A stretch of 64,000 nt of DNA from Escherichia phage APECc02. The position numbers and the translations under genes are program-made. Shown in pieces: positions 47,185-56,770 of the stretch (the first letter of the stretch is position 1; each line of letters opens with the position of its first letter). A model generated the notes under the pieces. That model was not told where the DNA came from. It ran no database searches and saw only the letters and a list, made by a program, of their open reading frames with translations. Location: the sequence record NC_041869.1, one strand, 5' to 3'.

Positions 47185-47618
47185 TGTCTAAGATTTCTAA
47201 GATTTACGGACCGTGTTCTGAAAAGCAGAAGATGATCCTCGAAAACGATGCAGATATTTTGGTAATCGGCGGTGCCGCAGGGTCTGGCAAGTCGTTCCTC
47301 TTGCAGTTGATGCCGCTTAAAATTATTGATGACCCACACAGCTCTGTGGTTATGTTCCGAAGAACAACCCCGCAGTTGGAAGGTGAGGGTGGACTATGGC
47401 CTAAAGCAGTAGCTATTTATAGTGATCTGCCTGAAAACATTAAGCCAAAGTTTAGAGAGAAGGATCATAAGTTCATTTTTCCACGGTTTGATCCGAGCAC
47501 TGGCAAGTGGGATAGAAGCAAAAAGGGAGCTGTTGTAAAATACTGCCACATGGAGTATGTACAAGATAAGCTTAACCATCAGGGGCTTGAGTACACCATG
47601 GTTTGCTTCGATGAGGGT
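47184..47618 (+). CDS. terminase large subunit, exon 1 (ATPase Walker A to Walker B)
   Basis: Walker A VIGGAAGSGKSF; reading frame ends at MVCFDEG then TAA at inferred intron start. Confidence 0.7.
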
Positions 47619-47668
47619 TAATTTGTAGCTCTCGTAAAACCTCCCTAATTGCGGGGAAATCTTTATTA

Positions 47669-47697
47669 TTGACACCACCAACCTGTTATGGTAACAT
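47669..47697 (+). promoter_or_regulatory. sigma70-type promoter inside intron (TTGACA-N17-TAACAT)
   Basis: hexamers read directly, upstream of intron ORF. Confidence 0.45.
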
Positions 47698-47836
47698 AAT
47701 AGAGGCTTCGAAGAGAGATCGAAGGTATGGTAACAGTGTGTTAATTTAGATAATCCGCAGCGAAGCATCCGAGAGGATGAACGTTCAACGACTAGTCGAA
47801 AGACGTAGAATCAAGCGATTCGAAACGGGAGGGTGA

Positions 47837-48427
47837 ATGTGTAATACTAAAAAATGTATGGATTGCCAAAGAGTTCTGCCTATTGATGATTTCTTTTTAT
47901 CATCTAAGAGCAAGGATGGATACTCAGGTACATGCAAGGAATGCTATATGTACTACAGGAAGGGTGGATCTCGTAAAAACAAAAATATGGTTAAGAGAGA
48001 TGACGCAGCATTGTTTATTCAAGACTTGCTGAAGAAAGGTGAACTTTTTGAATGCAAATCTTGTCATGAAAGTATGCTCGCTGATAGTTTTTACACAAAA
48101 CGTGACTATGGTAAAGTATATCTGGTTACGAACAGGTGTAAGATGTGTGAAAAGTTTTATCAGATTGAGAAGAAATTTCACATAACAAAAGATGAATACT
48201 ATCGTCTACTCTCAGATCAAGATCATAAGTGTGCCATTTGTAGAATATCTCTTAATGAGTATAGGACGCAAGGGTACAGAGATTTCTTTTGTGTTGATCA
48301 TGACCATAAAACTGGTGCTGTAAGAGGGTTGCTTTGTGATAAATGCAACAGAGCTTTAGGTTTCTTCCAAGAAGATGAGGAAACTATTCTTAGAGCGGCA
48401 GAGTATTTACACATTCATAAGATATAG
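47837..48427 (+). CDS. Endo VII-like HNH homing endonuclease (intron-encoded)
   Basis: CAICRISL...CVDHDHKTGAVRGLLCDKCNRALGFF matches T4 Endo VII zinc/HNH motif. Confidence 0.7.
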   Translation: MCNTKKCMDCQRVLPIDDFFLSSKSKDGYSGTCKECYMYYRKGGSRKNKNMVKRDDAALFIQDLLKKGELFECKSCHESMLADSFYTKRDYGKVYLVTNRCKMCEKFYQIEKKFHITKDEYYRLLSDQDHKCAICRISLNEYRTQGYRDFFCVDHDHKTGAVRGLLCDKCNRALGFFQEDEETILRAAEYLHIHKI

Positions 48428-48501
48428 TCTGGTCTGCATGGAGACATGCAGCTGCCTGAAAATGGCGGGGCAAGACTAGCGACCTTGCCCGAACATAAAC
48501 G

Positions 48502-49623
48502 ACACAGTTCGAATGGGAGCAGATAGACTATCTGATGTCTCGTCTGCGATCTCAGTCAAAGTATCCATCAAGAATGGTTATCAGCTGTAACCCTGATTCA
48601 GAACACATGCTTGCCAAACTGGTTAGGTGGTGGTTGGACGATGAAGGGTATCCAGATCCGGAGAAATGTGGTAAGAAAAGGTATTTTATCAGGCGTGACG
48701 GTGAATTTATCTGGGGAGACTCTAAAGAGGAGTTGATAGAGAAATACACCACGGTTAACGGACTGGGTGTGGAGATCAAGCCAAGACCGTTGTCATTCTC
48801 GTTTATAGGCGCAACAATATTCGATAATCCTGTCTGCTTGAGAGACAACCCAGAATACCTTGCTTTCCTTGAAGGTCTGCCTGAGCTTGAAAAAGCCCAG
48901 CTTCTTCATGGTAACTGGTTTGCAAAGCCTGAGGGTGCAAACTATTTTCAAAGATCTTTCCTTCGTGATGCCGATAGAGTACCTCTTGGATCAGTGTCTT
49001 GCAGGGCATGGGATAAAGCAGGAACCGAGAGAACTTCCGGTAATAAATTTCCTGACTTTACCGCCAGTGTCAAGGTAAGTAAAGATAGCGACGGCTTTTA
49101 TTACCTGTCCGGGGATTATTGTCCTGAGAACGTGGATGACGGGAGGTATTCCACAGGTCTGGAAGGCAAGTTCTGTAAAAAGGCTGGTGAACGAGATGTG
49201 ATCATCAGGAAACAGGCGCAGTTTGATGGTGATGATTGTATAATCGTATTCTCTGTGGACCCCGGTCAGGCAGGTAAGAGTGAGTTCTTAACCTCCTCCA
49301 GATCCTTGCTTGCCGAAGGGTTTAGGGTTGAAGAAGACCCAATGCCTTCCAACAAATCTAAACTGACAAGGTTCTCACCTTTTGCCAATCTTGCCCAACA
49401 AGGAATGGTGAGGATTGTAAAATCCAGTTTCCATCCTGATACTCTGGAAGCATTTCTGACTGAACTTGAAAAATTCAACGGGGAAAGATCAACATTTAAC
49501 AGAAAAGACGACTGGGCCGACTGTGTAGCTTCTGCGATTAATTTCCTGGAGAAAGAGGAGGTAGCACTTCCTTGTGTGATTCCATCAATCTCATCACCTT
49601 CTATGTTCAAGCGTTTTATCTAA
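48502..49623 (+). CDS. terminase large subunit, exon 2 (nuclease domain)
   Basis: frame open from 48499; contiguous with exon 1 if intron removed; exact 5' boundary inferred. Confidence 0.6.
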   Translation, partial: TQFEWEQIDYLMSRLRSQSKYPSRMVISCNPDSEHMLAKLVRWWLDDEGYPDPEKCGKKRYFIRRDGEFIWGDSKEELIEKYTTVNGLGVEIKPRPLSFSFIGATIFDNPVCLRDNPEYLAFLEGLPELEKAQLLHGNWFAKPEGANYFQRSFLRDADRVPLGSVSCRAWDKAGTERTSGNKFPDFTASVKVSKDSDGFYYLSGDYCPENVDDGRYSTGLEGKFCKKAGERDVIIRKQAQFDGDDCIIVFSVDPGQAGKSEFLTSSRSLLAEGFRVEEDPMPSNKSKLTRFSPFANLAQQGMVRIVKSSFHPDTLEAFLTELEKFNGERSTFNRKDDWADCVASAINFLEKEEVALPCVIPSISSPSMFKRFI

Positions 49624-49626
49624 GTG

Positions 49627-49655
49627 TTGCCAATCTTAATTAGATGTGGTAGAAT
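49627..49655 (+). promoter_or_regulatory. sigma70-type promoter (TTGCCA-N17-TAGAAT, TGn-extended)
   Basis: hexamers read directly. Confidence 0.5.
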
Positions 49656-49673
49656 AGAGTAATCGGAGATACT

Positions 49674-49701
49674 AGCCCTCTAACACGAGGGCTATTTTGT
49701 T
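49674..49701 (+). promoter_or_regulatory. leader hairpin plus T-run between promoter and portal start (attenuator-like)
   Basis: AGCCCTC-TAACAC-GAGGGCT then ATTTTGTT. Confidence 0.35.
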
Positions 49702-49725
49702 ATACTGTTTTGAGGGGTAAAGCTT

Positions 49726-51282
49726 GTGTCCAAAAAGAACCGCAGGAAACACAACGCCACAGCCAAAACTGTGAATAAATCTGGGAACGCAGGCGCACCA
49801 ACTCATAATGTTCGTATGAGTGAGATCGGTTCTGGCGCACTTTCCCAAATTATGGCAGAATCGCAATCTATGATGGTTGAGGAATTGCGTTGGCCTCAGC
49901 TGATTGCCACCGTGGAGACTATGAAATGTGATTCCACAGTTGCTACTGCCTTAGATACAAAATATGTTTTCATCACGAAAGCATTCAATGATTTTAAGAT
50001 CCTCTATAATGTTAAAAGTGAAGACTCTAAGAAAGCTGCCGAGCTTATAGAGTATTCTTTGCGTAATTTGGCAAACCAACAAACTCTTCGAGATATTGCA
50101 AGAAGCGCAGCTACCTTTAACGAGTATGGTTTTTCACTGTTTGAGAAAGTATACCGCAGAGAGAAAGAAGGTAAATATGCCGGGATGCTTCTTATTGATA
50201 AAATTGCATTCCGACCTCAGGCCAGTTTGTCCAGATCAGAGCCGTTTGTCTTTGACAAGAATAGTAGAACACTGACAGGTATTTATCAATCACCTAATGC
50301 ATTTCTAAACACTCAGAATGCACGCTGGGCTGGACCTCTTGCTGCAATGCCTTCAAAAGGCTTTAATGAGCCTGAAATTTTCATCCCTGCTAAAAAGCTT
50401 ATGCTCATGACCCTGTCAGGAACAGAATCTAACCCTGCAGGTGTGTCACCGATGATAGGTTGCTACAGATCTTTCCGTGAGAAAGTTCTGATTGAAAACC
50501 TTGAGGTTGTTGGCTGTTCCAAAGACCTTGGTGGTGTGCTTGAGCTGAAAATTCCTTCCAATATTTTGAACAAGGCCAGCATTGACCCGAATTCAATGGA
50601 AGGGAGAATGGTTGCAGACCTTATGCTTGACGCAGCAAACGCCCATAGTGGTGAGCAAAGTTTCTTTATACTTCCGTCTGATAGAGATAAGTCTGGTAAA
50701 GAGCTTTACTCCATGACCCTGAAGGGGGTTGACGGTATGGGTAAGCAGTATTCCACTAAAGATTTGATTGATGCCCGTAAGAAGGCGATTCTTGACCGTT
50801 TCGGTGCTGGCTTTATTAACCTCGGTAACGATAACGTTGGATCCTTCTCTCTGTCTGAGTCAAAACAGTCTATCCATGGTCATTTTGTTCAGCGTGATAT
50901 AGATATTATCACTGAGGCCTTCAATAAAGATCTTATTCCACAGCTTCTGGCATTGAATGGTATCATCCTTGAAGATGATGATATGCCTAAACTGAAACCT
51001 GGTCTGATTGAAGAAGTGGATATGGAGAGCTTCTCCAAGTTTGTCCAGAGGATCGGTGCTGTAGGTTACTTGCCAAAAACTCCTGCAGTAATTAATAAGA
51101 TTCTTGAAGTTGGCGGGTTTGATGAAAGATTTGACGAGGACATGGATCAGGAAGAGCTGATGAAGCTCTTGGGCCAGGACATTAGTAGGGCTGGTGATGG
51201 AATGGCTGCAGGATCCACTGGCAACGGCACTTCTAAGATGTCATCAACCAGAGATAATTCCATATCCAACATGGAAAATTAA
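49726..51282 (+). CDS. portal protein (GTG start)
   Basis: 518 aa immediately after terminase; GAGGGG RBS; call by position and size. Confidence 0.55.
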   Translation: MSKKNRRKHNATAKTVNKSGNAGAPTHNVRMSEIGSGALSQIMAESQSMMVEELRWPQLIATVETMKCDSTVATALDTKYVFITKAFNDFKILYNVKSEDSKKAAELIEYSLRNLANQQTLRDIARSAATFNEYGFSLFEKVYRREKEGKYAGMLLIDKIAFRPQASLSRSEPFVFDKNSRTLTGIYQSPNAFLNTQNARWAGPLAAMPSKGFNEPEIFIPAKKLMLMTLSGTESNPAGVSPMIGCYRSFREKVLIENLEVVGCSKDLGGVLELKIPSNILNKASIDPNSMEGRMVADLMLDAANAHSGEQSFFILPSDRDKSGKELYSMTLKGVDGMGKQYSTKDLIDARKKAILDRFGAGFINLGNDNVGSFSLSESKQSIHGHFVQRDIDIITEAFNKDLIPQLLALNGIILEDDDMPKLKPGLIEEVDMESFSKFVQRIGAVGYLPKTPAVINKILEVGGFDERFDEDMDQEELMKLLGQDISRAGDGMAAGSTGNGTSKMSSTRDNSISNMEN

Positions 51283-51301
51283 AAATTATCAACACAGGGG
51301 G

Positions 51302-51330
51302 TTGCAAAACCTCCTTTGGCGTGATAAAAT
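51302..51330 (+). promoter_or_regulatory. sigma70-type promoter (TTGCAA-N17-TAAAAT)
   Basis: hexamers read directly. Confidence 0.5.
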
Positions 51331-51349
51331 AATCCACATGGGGAATAAG

Positions 51350-51769
51350 ATGCCACAGGAAGAAATGATTTCCTACGAAATCATCTACGAACCTGACACT
51401 AAAGATGCTCACGGTGAGTGGATGAGTAAAGACACCATCAAAAAGGCTAAAGATAACTGGGACGCAGCATACGCCGCAGGCCTAGTTTCTGAAAACCTTT
51501 TTCACTTGACCTCTACAGATGCTTTCACTATTGAAAAGACGTGGATTCAAGAAGAGTTTGATGTTGTAGTAATTGGCACTGAGCAGGTCATCAAGGCTGG
51601 CTCTTGGGTTGCTAAAGTTAAATACAATAATCCTGAATTATGGGAAGCTAAGAAGGCTGGCATTGTTGGTGGCCTAAGCATTCAGGCAACAGGTAATGTT
51701 GATGAAGAAACTGGTGAAATTACCAACGTAAACTTCGGGATCAGTGTTGTAGAAGAGGGCAATGAATAA
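51350..51769 (+). CDS. head morphogenesis protein, function unknown
   Basis: start at MPQEEM downstream of promoter. Confidence 0.45.
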   Translation: MPQEEMISYEIIYEPDTKDAHGEWMSKDTIKKAKDNWDAAYAAGLVSENLFHLTSTDAFTIEKTWIQEEFDVVVIGTEQVIKAGSWVAKVKYNNPELWEAKKAGIVGGLSIQATGNVDEETGEITNVNFGISVVEEGNE

Positions 51770-52746
51770 TGTCTGAAAAAACGATTACTATTAAAGAGAA
51801 GGGGATTGCCCTGTGCCATAAGGCGCAAGGCTATAGCGCTAACAACAGACCTGTATCTCTTTTGATGAAGAGTGATCTTAAGCCTGAGCAGTTAACAGAC
51901 GATATTGTTAAGGCACTTCGCCAAGTTACTGTGGAGCTTAGTTTTGAAGAATACCTGCGTCGTTTCTTCGATATGTGGTATGATGATGCTAAAGCACTTG
52001 CACACATGCTCGGTTTTGAGATTGAAGAGGAGGCTTGGGCTAAAGAGCATCCTGATTGGGAATGGGCGCAAGCTGACGCAGAGTCTTGTATTGCATGGCT
52101 GGAAGAGCGTTGTGATAACGTGACCATTCATAAAGCTGCAAAAGAAGGTAAGCAGCTTAGCGTGGTAGATCAGTACAGCCTGTTAAAAACACAACAGATT
52201 TTTGAACAAGTAACCGCTGATCTCTTCGATAAAGAAGGGAACCTGATCAAGGCGGTACAGGAACCCGCTGAGGTGGATAAAACTGCCGAGGTGGATGATG
52301 TTGCAAAATCCGCAAATACCGAGGAGAATCCGGTGGACGTAACCAAAACTAAAGAGTATCTGGATCTGCTGAAGCAAGTAGAAGAGCTGAAAGCAACCCA
52401 GAGTAAAGCTGAAGAAATCATCAAGGCCCAGGTTGAAGTTGAAAAAGCTAAAATGCTGACTAAGGCTCAAGCTTTAAGCTTTGTTGGTGAAGAAGATCAT
52501 GCAACCCTGGTTGACTTCATGCTGGAAAAAGCTAACGAACCTATCGTAGCTATGCTGGAGAAAGCTCAAGCAAAAATTGAAGAGCTGGAAGCAGAGGTGC
52601 ATAAAACCAAAGAAGAGTTTGCCACCACTGAACATGGTAATGATGGCGAACCTGTTGTGGATGATATTGCGAAATCCGCAGAAGAAATTCTTGCTGAAAA
52701 CGTTGCAAAAGCACTTGCTCGTGCACGTGCAGAATCTACCAAATAA
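51769..52746 (+). CDS. scaffolding protein-like (acidic, coiled-coil)
   Basis: Glu/Lys/Ala-rich helical composition; position before capsid gene. Confidence 0.5.
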   Translation: MSEKTITIKEKGIALCHKAQGYSANNRPVSLLMKSDLKPEQLTDDIVKALRQVTVELSFEEYLRRFFDMWYDDAKALAHMLGFEIEEEAWAKEHPDWEWAQADAESCIAWLEERCDNVTIHKAAKEGKQLSVVDQYSLLKTQQIFEQVTADLFDKEGNLIKAVQEPAEVDKTAEVDDVAKSANTEENPVDVTKTKEYLDLLKQVEELKATQSKAEEIIKAQVEVEKAKMLTKAQALSFVGEEDHATLVDFMLEKANEPIVAMLEKAQAKIEELEAEVHKTKEEFATTEHGNDGEPVVDDIAKSAEEILAENVAKALARARAESTK

Positions 52747-52765
52747 GACATTAACGGGGAAATAA

Positions 52766-53155
52766 ATGATTACCGCTCAATATTCTGATATCGTGCTCGG
52801 CAAAGTTGATTCTAGCGATGCTGGCTACAATTTTAAAGAGATGGAAATTACACTGACAGAGCACCATCATGCTGGTACTGTTGTAACAGAAACTGGCACT
52901 ATCGCTAACGATGATGGCTCAGACGTTTATGGTGTTCTTGTAGACCGAGCTCTGGTAAAAGATGCAGGAAAAGTTCATCTCGCTGAGCCTCTGCAAACAG
53001 GTCAGAAATATAAACTGGTTGTTGCAGTTCACGGTGTTACCTTTGCAAAAGATAAGCTGCTAGGGTCTAACGGTGAAGCAGCTAAGCAGGCTGTTCTTGA
53101 AAAGCTGGAAGCTCTGGGTAACAAAGTTCACGTCCAGACTCTTGGTGAAGAGTAA
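52766..53155 (+). CDS. head decoration-like protein
   Basis: 129 aa immediately before major capsid gene. Confidence 0.4.
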   Translation: MITAQYSDIVLGKVDSSDAGYNFKEMEITLTEHHHAGTVVTETGTIANDDGSDVYGVLVDRALVKDAGKVHLAEPLQTGQKYKLVVAVHGVTFAKDKLLGSNGEAAKQAVLEKLEALGNKVHVQTLGEE

Positions 53156-53203
53156 GCCCTAAATTGTTCGGGAAAATATTTAAGTTTTACTTTGGAGAAA
53201 TAA

Positions 53204-54211
53204 ATGATTACTCGTAAAGATGAATTTGGCATTGTTGATTTAGGTGCTACTCTGGACCTTGTTCCGCGTCAATTCCGACTGATTACTGGTATGGATCTGT
53301 TCGAAACCCGTCTCGGCACCTCAACAATTGCTCAGATTGAGCGTGTTGATGAAGTTGTAACCGACATTCCGGCACGCCGTCGTGGTGGTGAGCGTAACTA
53401 CGTTGGTAGTGAACGTGCTCAGGTTAAAAACCTGAACATCCCGTTCTTCCCTCTGGACAAAGGCATCACCGCAGCAGATGTTCAGAACTTCCGTCGTTAC
53501 TTCACCCCTGATGCTCCGAAAACTGTTCAGGACGTAGTAACCCGCGTTGTTCGCCGTATCCGTGTTTCTCATGAAGCACTGCGTGAGAAAGCGCTGTTCC
53601 AGGCTATTCTGGGTAAATCCTATGCACCTGGTGACACAACCTGTCAGTATGACTACTACACTCTGTGGGGTGTGTCTCAGAAGTCTGTTGAGATTGACCC
53701 TGCAAAAGCAGATCAGGATCCGATGGAGGTTCTGGAAGAAGCTCGTCTGCACATCGCGCTGCAAGCTGGCGATAACGCAGCTGGCTATCGTATTGTAGCC
53801 CTGTGCTCACCAGAGTTCTTCAGTGCTATTACCCATCACCCTCTGGTAGAACTGGCATACACCTATTACGGCTCTGCTCAGGAACCTCTGCGTCGCCGTC
53901 TGGGTGCTGGCGGTCAAGACAGCGTATACCGTGTGTTTGAGCATAAAGGTATCACCTTTATCGAAGATATCTCTGGCAATATTCCTAAGAAAGAAGCTCG
54001 CATTCTGCCGATGGGTATTGATCAGATGTTCCAGCTGCACTTTGCTCCGGCAGACGATGTTAACGAAGCAAACACTCCAGCACAGGAACTGTACATGTGG
54101 TATAAACACTCTGCATACCTGCGTGAAGAGAAGATTGAATCTGAAACTTCCATGCTGGCAGTTAACACCCGCCCAGAGCTGGTTGTTAAAGTAACTCTGA
54201 AAAGTGAATAA
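53204..54211 (+). CDS. major capsid protein
   Basis: 335 aa, codon usage biased to CGT/CTG/GGT, strong terminator downstream; position. Confidence 0.6.
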   Translation: MITRKDEFGIVDLGATLDLVPRQFRLITGMDLFETRLGTSTIAQIERVDEVVTDIPARRRGGERNYVGSERAQVKNLNIPFFPLDKGITAADVQNFRRYFTPDAPKTVQDVVTRVVRRIRVSHEALREKALFQAILGKSYAPGDTTCQYDYYTLWGVSQKSVEIDPAKADQDPMEVLEEARLHIALQAGDNAAGYRIVALCSPEFFSAITHHPLVELAYTYYGSAQEPLRRRLGAGGQDSVYRVFEHKGITFIEDISGNIPKKEARILPMGIDQMFQLHFAPADDVNEANTPAQELYMWYKHSAYLREEKIESETSMLAVNTRPELVVKVTLKSE

Positions 54212-54234
54212 TCACTAAGGTGATTCATCCCATA

Positions 54235-54266
54235 TGGGGAGGGGGTTCTCCCCTCCCCTTTTTATT
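54235..54266 (+). terminator. rho-independent terminator (GGGGAGGGG-GTTC-TCCCCTCCCC + TTTTTATTT)
   Basis: perfect 9-bp GC stem plus T-run. Confidence 0.75.
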
Positions 54267-54291
54267 TATTAGGGTTTACCAGGAGTGTCCC

Positions 54292-55137
54292 GTGAAGAGA
54301 GCTGTATATCCAGTTGAGTATGATCCTCTATTAAGAGTTTTCAACAATCAGTTAAGTTTTTATCAATTTTTAGCACAATATAATCCAGAAATCAATGTTG
54401 GTTTATCAGCCCTGCTGCCACCAACAGAATTCGTTATCGGCAGTGTTCACTATCCATGTAGAACGATTGTAGACTTCTTCGAGAAGATTGCAAAACATAC
54501 AGGCCTGCCAATTGATACTGGTATTTCAACTATCCGTATGGGTGTTATTCTTCTGTTCTTCACAGAGAACCTTGATGAAAGCACTTTAACACTGCAAAGC
54601 GGGGATGTCAATATCACACTCACCCCGTCAGTGTTTAAAGAGGTAGATGCGGCTTTCCAAGTTTCCGTGGCAGAGGGCCATCTATGGGACCCTGTAGGGA
54701 TGCCTAAAAAAGTGACCATAAACGATGAGCAATGCAACATTGTTTATGAAGAAGATACCCAAACTTTCACCATTGAGTGGCCTAAGAAACGTTCTCAGGT
54801 TGTAAATCTTGGGCTGGTTTCTACGATAGCTCCACCGCCTGAACCAGAGCCTGAGCCGCCTGTAGGCCCTACTGAACCCAGTGGTGACGGTGAAGAATCT
54901 CCAGATCCGGCTGCACCGGAAGGCACTGAGCAGGATCCTGAACAGGCACAAGAATCAAGATCTTCTCGCAGTGATGTTGATGCCCTACTACAGCAGGCCG
55001 CAGCTCTTAACAACGAAGATGACAAAAGTGGTTCAAAAGATGCACTCCAAACCTTCGCCAAAGAGTACGGTGTTACCTTAAGTAAGGCAAAAACTTTCCA
55101 AAATATGATGAAAGATTTTGAGGCTGCACTGGCATAA
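54292..55137 (+). CDS. structural protein with Pro/Glu-rich linker (GTG start)
   Basis: AGGAG RBS before GTG; track ATG start overlaps terminator. Confidence 0.45.
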   Translation: MKRAVYPVEYDPLLRVFNNQLSFYQFLAQYNPEINVGLSALLPPTEFVIGSVHYPCRTIVDFFEKIAKHTGLPIDTGISTIRMGVILLFFTENLDESTLTLQSGDVNITLTPSVFKEVDAAFQVSVAEGHLWDPVGMPKKVTINDEQCNIVYEEDTQTFTIEWPKKRSQVVNLGLVSTIAPPPEPEPEPPVGPTEPSGDGEESPDPAAPEGTEQDPEQAQESRSSRSDVDALLQQAAALNNEDDKSGSKDALQTFAKEYGVTLSKAKTFQNMMKDFEAALA

Positions 55138-55147
55138 TTTTGTTAAG

Positions 55148-55180
55148 GCCCCTTCCAAATCAGGAATGGGGCTTTATTTT
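55148..55180 (+). terminator. hairpin terminator plus TTTATTTT
   Basis: GCCCCTTCC...GGAATGGGGC stem plus T-run. Confidence 0.55.
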
Positions 55181-55196
55181 TACGAGGTATTTTCAA

Positions 55197-55817
55197 ATGG
55201 CATGGTATGAAGATGAAGAGATTATCACGTCCCCGCCTAACCATGATGGTGTAGTTGATACCCCAGAAGAACCACCAAAAGAAGATCCTGTACCTCCGGA
55301 ACCTGATCCAGACCAACCTCTTATTAATATTATGAGGTTGTTGCTTGGCAATGTTGATGAGGAAACCCTCCCTGACGAGGTAATTAAAACATTCCTTGAC
55401 ATGGAGAAGCTGAAACTAAATTATCCGGCAGACCCTGATAAGCTACCTCTGCTTAAGTACAATGTGCTTGTGCAGCTTGTGCGGTGGCTGATGATGCAGG
55501 AAGTGTCCAGCGGTAATGCAAGTATAACTTCCCGTCTGGAAAAAATAGGTGATGAGACCATAGAGATTCGTGGTGGATCTTCCTACGCCCAATGGAAAGA
55601 CTTTCTTGATTGGCTGCTGGCACACCCTGACTATGTAGATTCTGAGCTGGATGCTTACAGCAGAATGATTATCATTGGTGGTGTTCGTGTAGACGAAGGA
55701 ATTCGGGTTAAATTTAATGAAAACAGCAACGGACCGTTCGATGTCCAGGGGATTACACCTATCAGTGGTCTAAATAACCAACCTCCTCGCCACCCAAGAC
55801 GCAAACGCAGTTTTTAA
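55197..55817 (+). CDS. hypothetical structural protein
   Basis: start at MAWYEDEE. Confidence 0.45.
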   Translation: MAWYEDEEIITSPPNHDGVVDTPEEPPKEDPVPPEPDPDQPLINIMRLLLGNVDEETLPDEVIKTFLDMEKLKLNYPADPDKLPLLKYNVLVQLVRWLMMQEVSSGNASITSRLEKIGDETIEIRGGSSYAQWKDFLDWLLAHPDYVDSELDAYSRMIIIGGVRVDEGIRVKFNENSNGPFDVQGITPISGLNNQPPRHPRRKRSF

Positions 55818-55823
55818 AAATTG

Positions 55824-55852
55824 TTGCTTTTGATGTATCTTTGTGGTAAAAT
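55824..55852 (+). promoter_or_regulatory. sigma70-type promoter (TTGCTT-N17-TAAAAT, TGn-extended)
   Basis: hexamers read directly. Confidence 0.5.
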
Positions 55853-55870
55853 ACATTAGTGAGGGATATA

Positions 55871-56329
55871 ATGCTAAAGGTTAAATGTCAAACAAGGTTC
55901 AACCTAAAGCGCTTAGATCGCTTCTACAAAGACCTTGTGAGACTTGAAAGTAAAACAATAACCTACGGCTTTTATGACGAACCTCACCCGTCAGGCTTAA
56001 ATATGGCAACATTGGCAGCCATTCACAACTTCGGTTGGAACGGGCTGCCTGTTCGCAATTTCATGGAGACAGCCTTTGCATTTCATAGTGCTCAACTGCA
56101 GACTTTGACAGAAAAATTGTTGAGAGCTATGGCTAGAGGATCAAGTGCAGAGGCTATTCTTAAGCAGATGGGGGACACAGGGGCCAAAGCTATCCAGTTT
56201 GTTATTGAGGCTGGGCAGTTTAGTAATCCTACTGTTAGTGAGCAGTGGGCACAAGAAAAGGGCTTCAACGAGGCTATGCGGCATTACGATGTGCTGCTTG
56301 AATCTGCAACCTTTAAAATCGGACAGTAA
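55871..56329 (+). CDS. head-tail joining / virion morphogenesis protein (tentative)
   Basis: start MLKVK with GAGGGA RBS; call by position. Confidence 0.4.
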   Translation: MLKVKCQTRFNLKRLDRFYKDLVRLESKTITYGFYDEPHPSGLNMATLAAIHNFGWNGLPVRNFMETAFAFHSAQLQTLTEKLLRAMARGSSAEAILKQMGDTGAKAIQFVIEAGQFSNPTVSEQWAQEKGFNEAMRHYDVLLESATFKIGQ

Positions 56330-56344
56330 AAATAAGGGGGTTGA

Positions 56345-56770
56345 GTGGCAGCAGGTTATAAGCTGATAGGAAAGAACAGACTAATACCTCGTAAAACATT
56401 CAAAGGTCGCCACAGAGTGTATAACAAAACAGTTGGTGGCCCTTTTGCCAACGAGGGGTTAGAACTTGAGTATGAAGAGTTCGATGTCTTAGAGTGCGTT
56501 GTGCAGCCGTTGACAGGAAGGGCAGCTAAAGATTACTCCTCTCAAATAAACCCTGAAGGTGACAGACAGTACGAGGCTTTTACAGTTTACTCCTCAACCA
56601 AGTTGTATAGTCCGGATGAAGGAACATATGCAATGGCTGACCAAATTCAGCTGCCCGACATCCGTGGTGACTTGAAATGGTTTACTGTTTTAAAATGCGA
56701 TGCATATGTTACCTCTGGTGGTGGGAGATATAGATTTTTTGTGGTAGAAGAGCCTGAAGGAGAAAACTGA
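56345..56770 (+). CDS. hypothetical structural protein (GTG start)
   Basis: AGGGGG RBS. Confidence 0.45.
   Translation: MAAGYKLIGKNRLIPRKTFKGRHRVYNKTVGGPFANEGLELEYEEFDVLECVVQPLTGRAAKDYSSQINPEGDRQYEAFTVYSSTKLYSPDEGTYAMADQIQLPDIRGDLKWFTVLKCDAYVTSGGGRYRFFVVEEPEGEN

Larger units (their letters stand above)
47619..48501 (+). mobile_element. putative group I intron interrupting terminase large subunit gene
   Basis: P-like AATTGCGGGGAAA (47647), R-like GTTCAACGACTAGTC (47783), S-like CAAGACTAGCGACC (48471); candidate guide GCTCTC pairs with exon end GAGGGT; boundaries inferred. Confidence 0.6.

Noticed and set aside
51831-52751. Antisense ORFs within the scaffold-like gene
   Set aside because: Low-complexity Ser/Ala-rich translations antisense to a repetitive acidic coding region.
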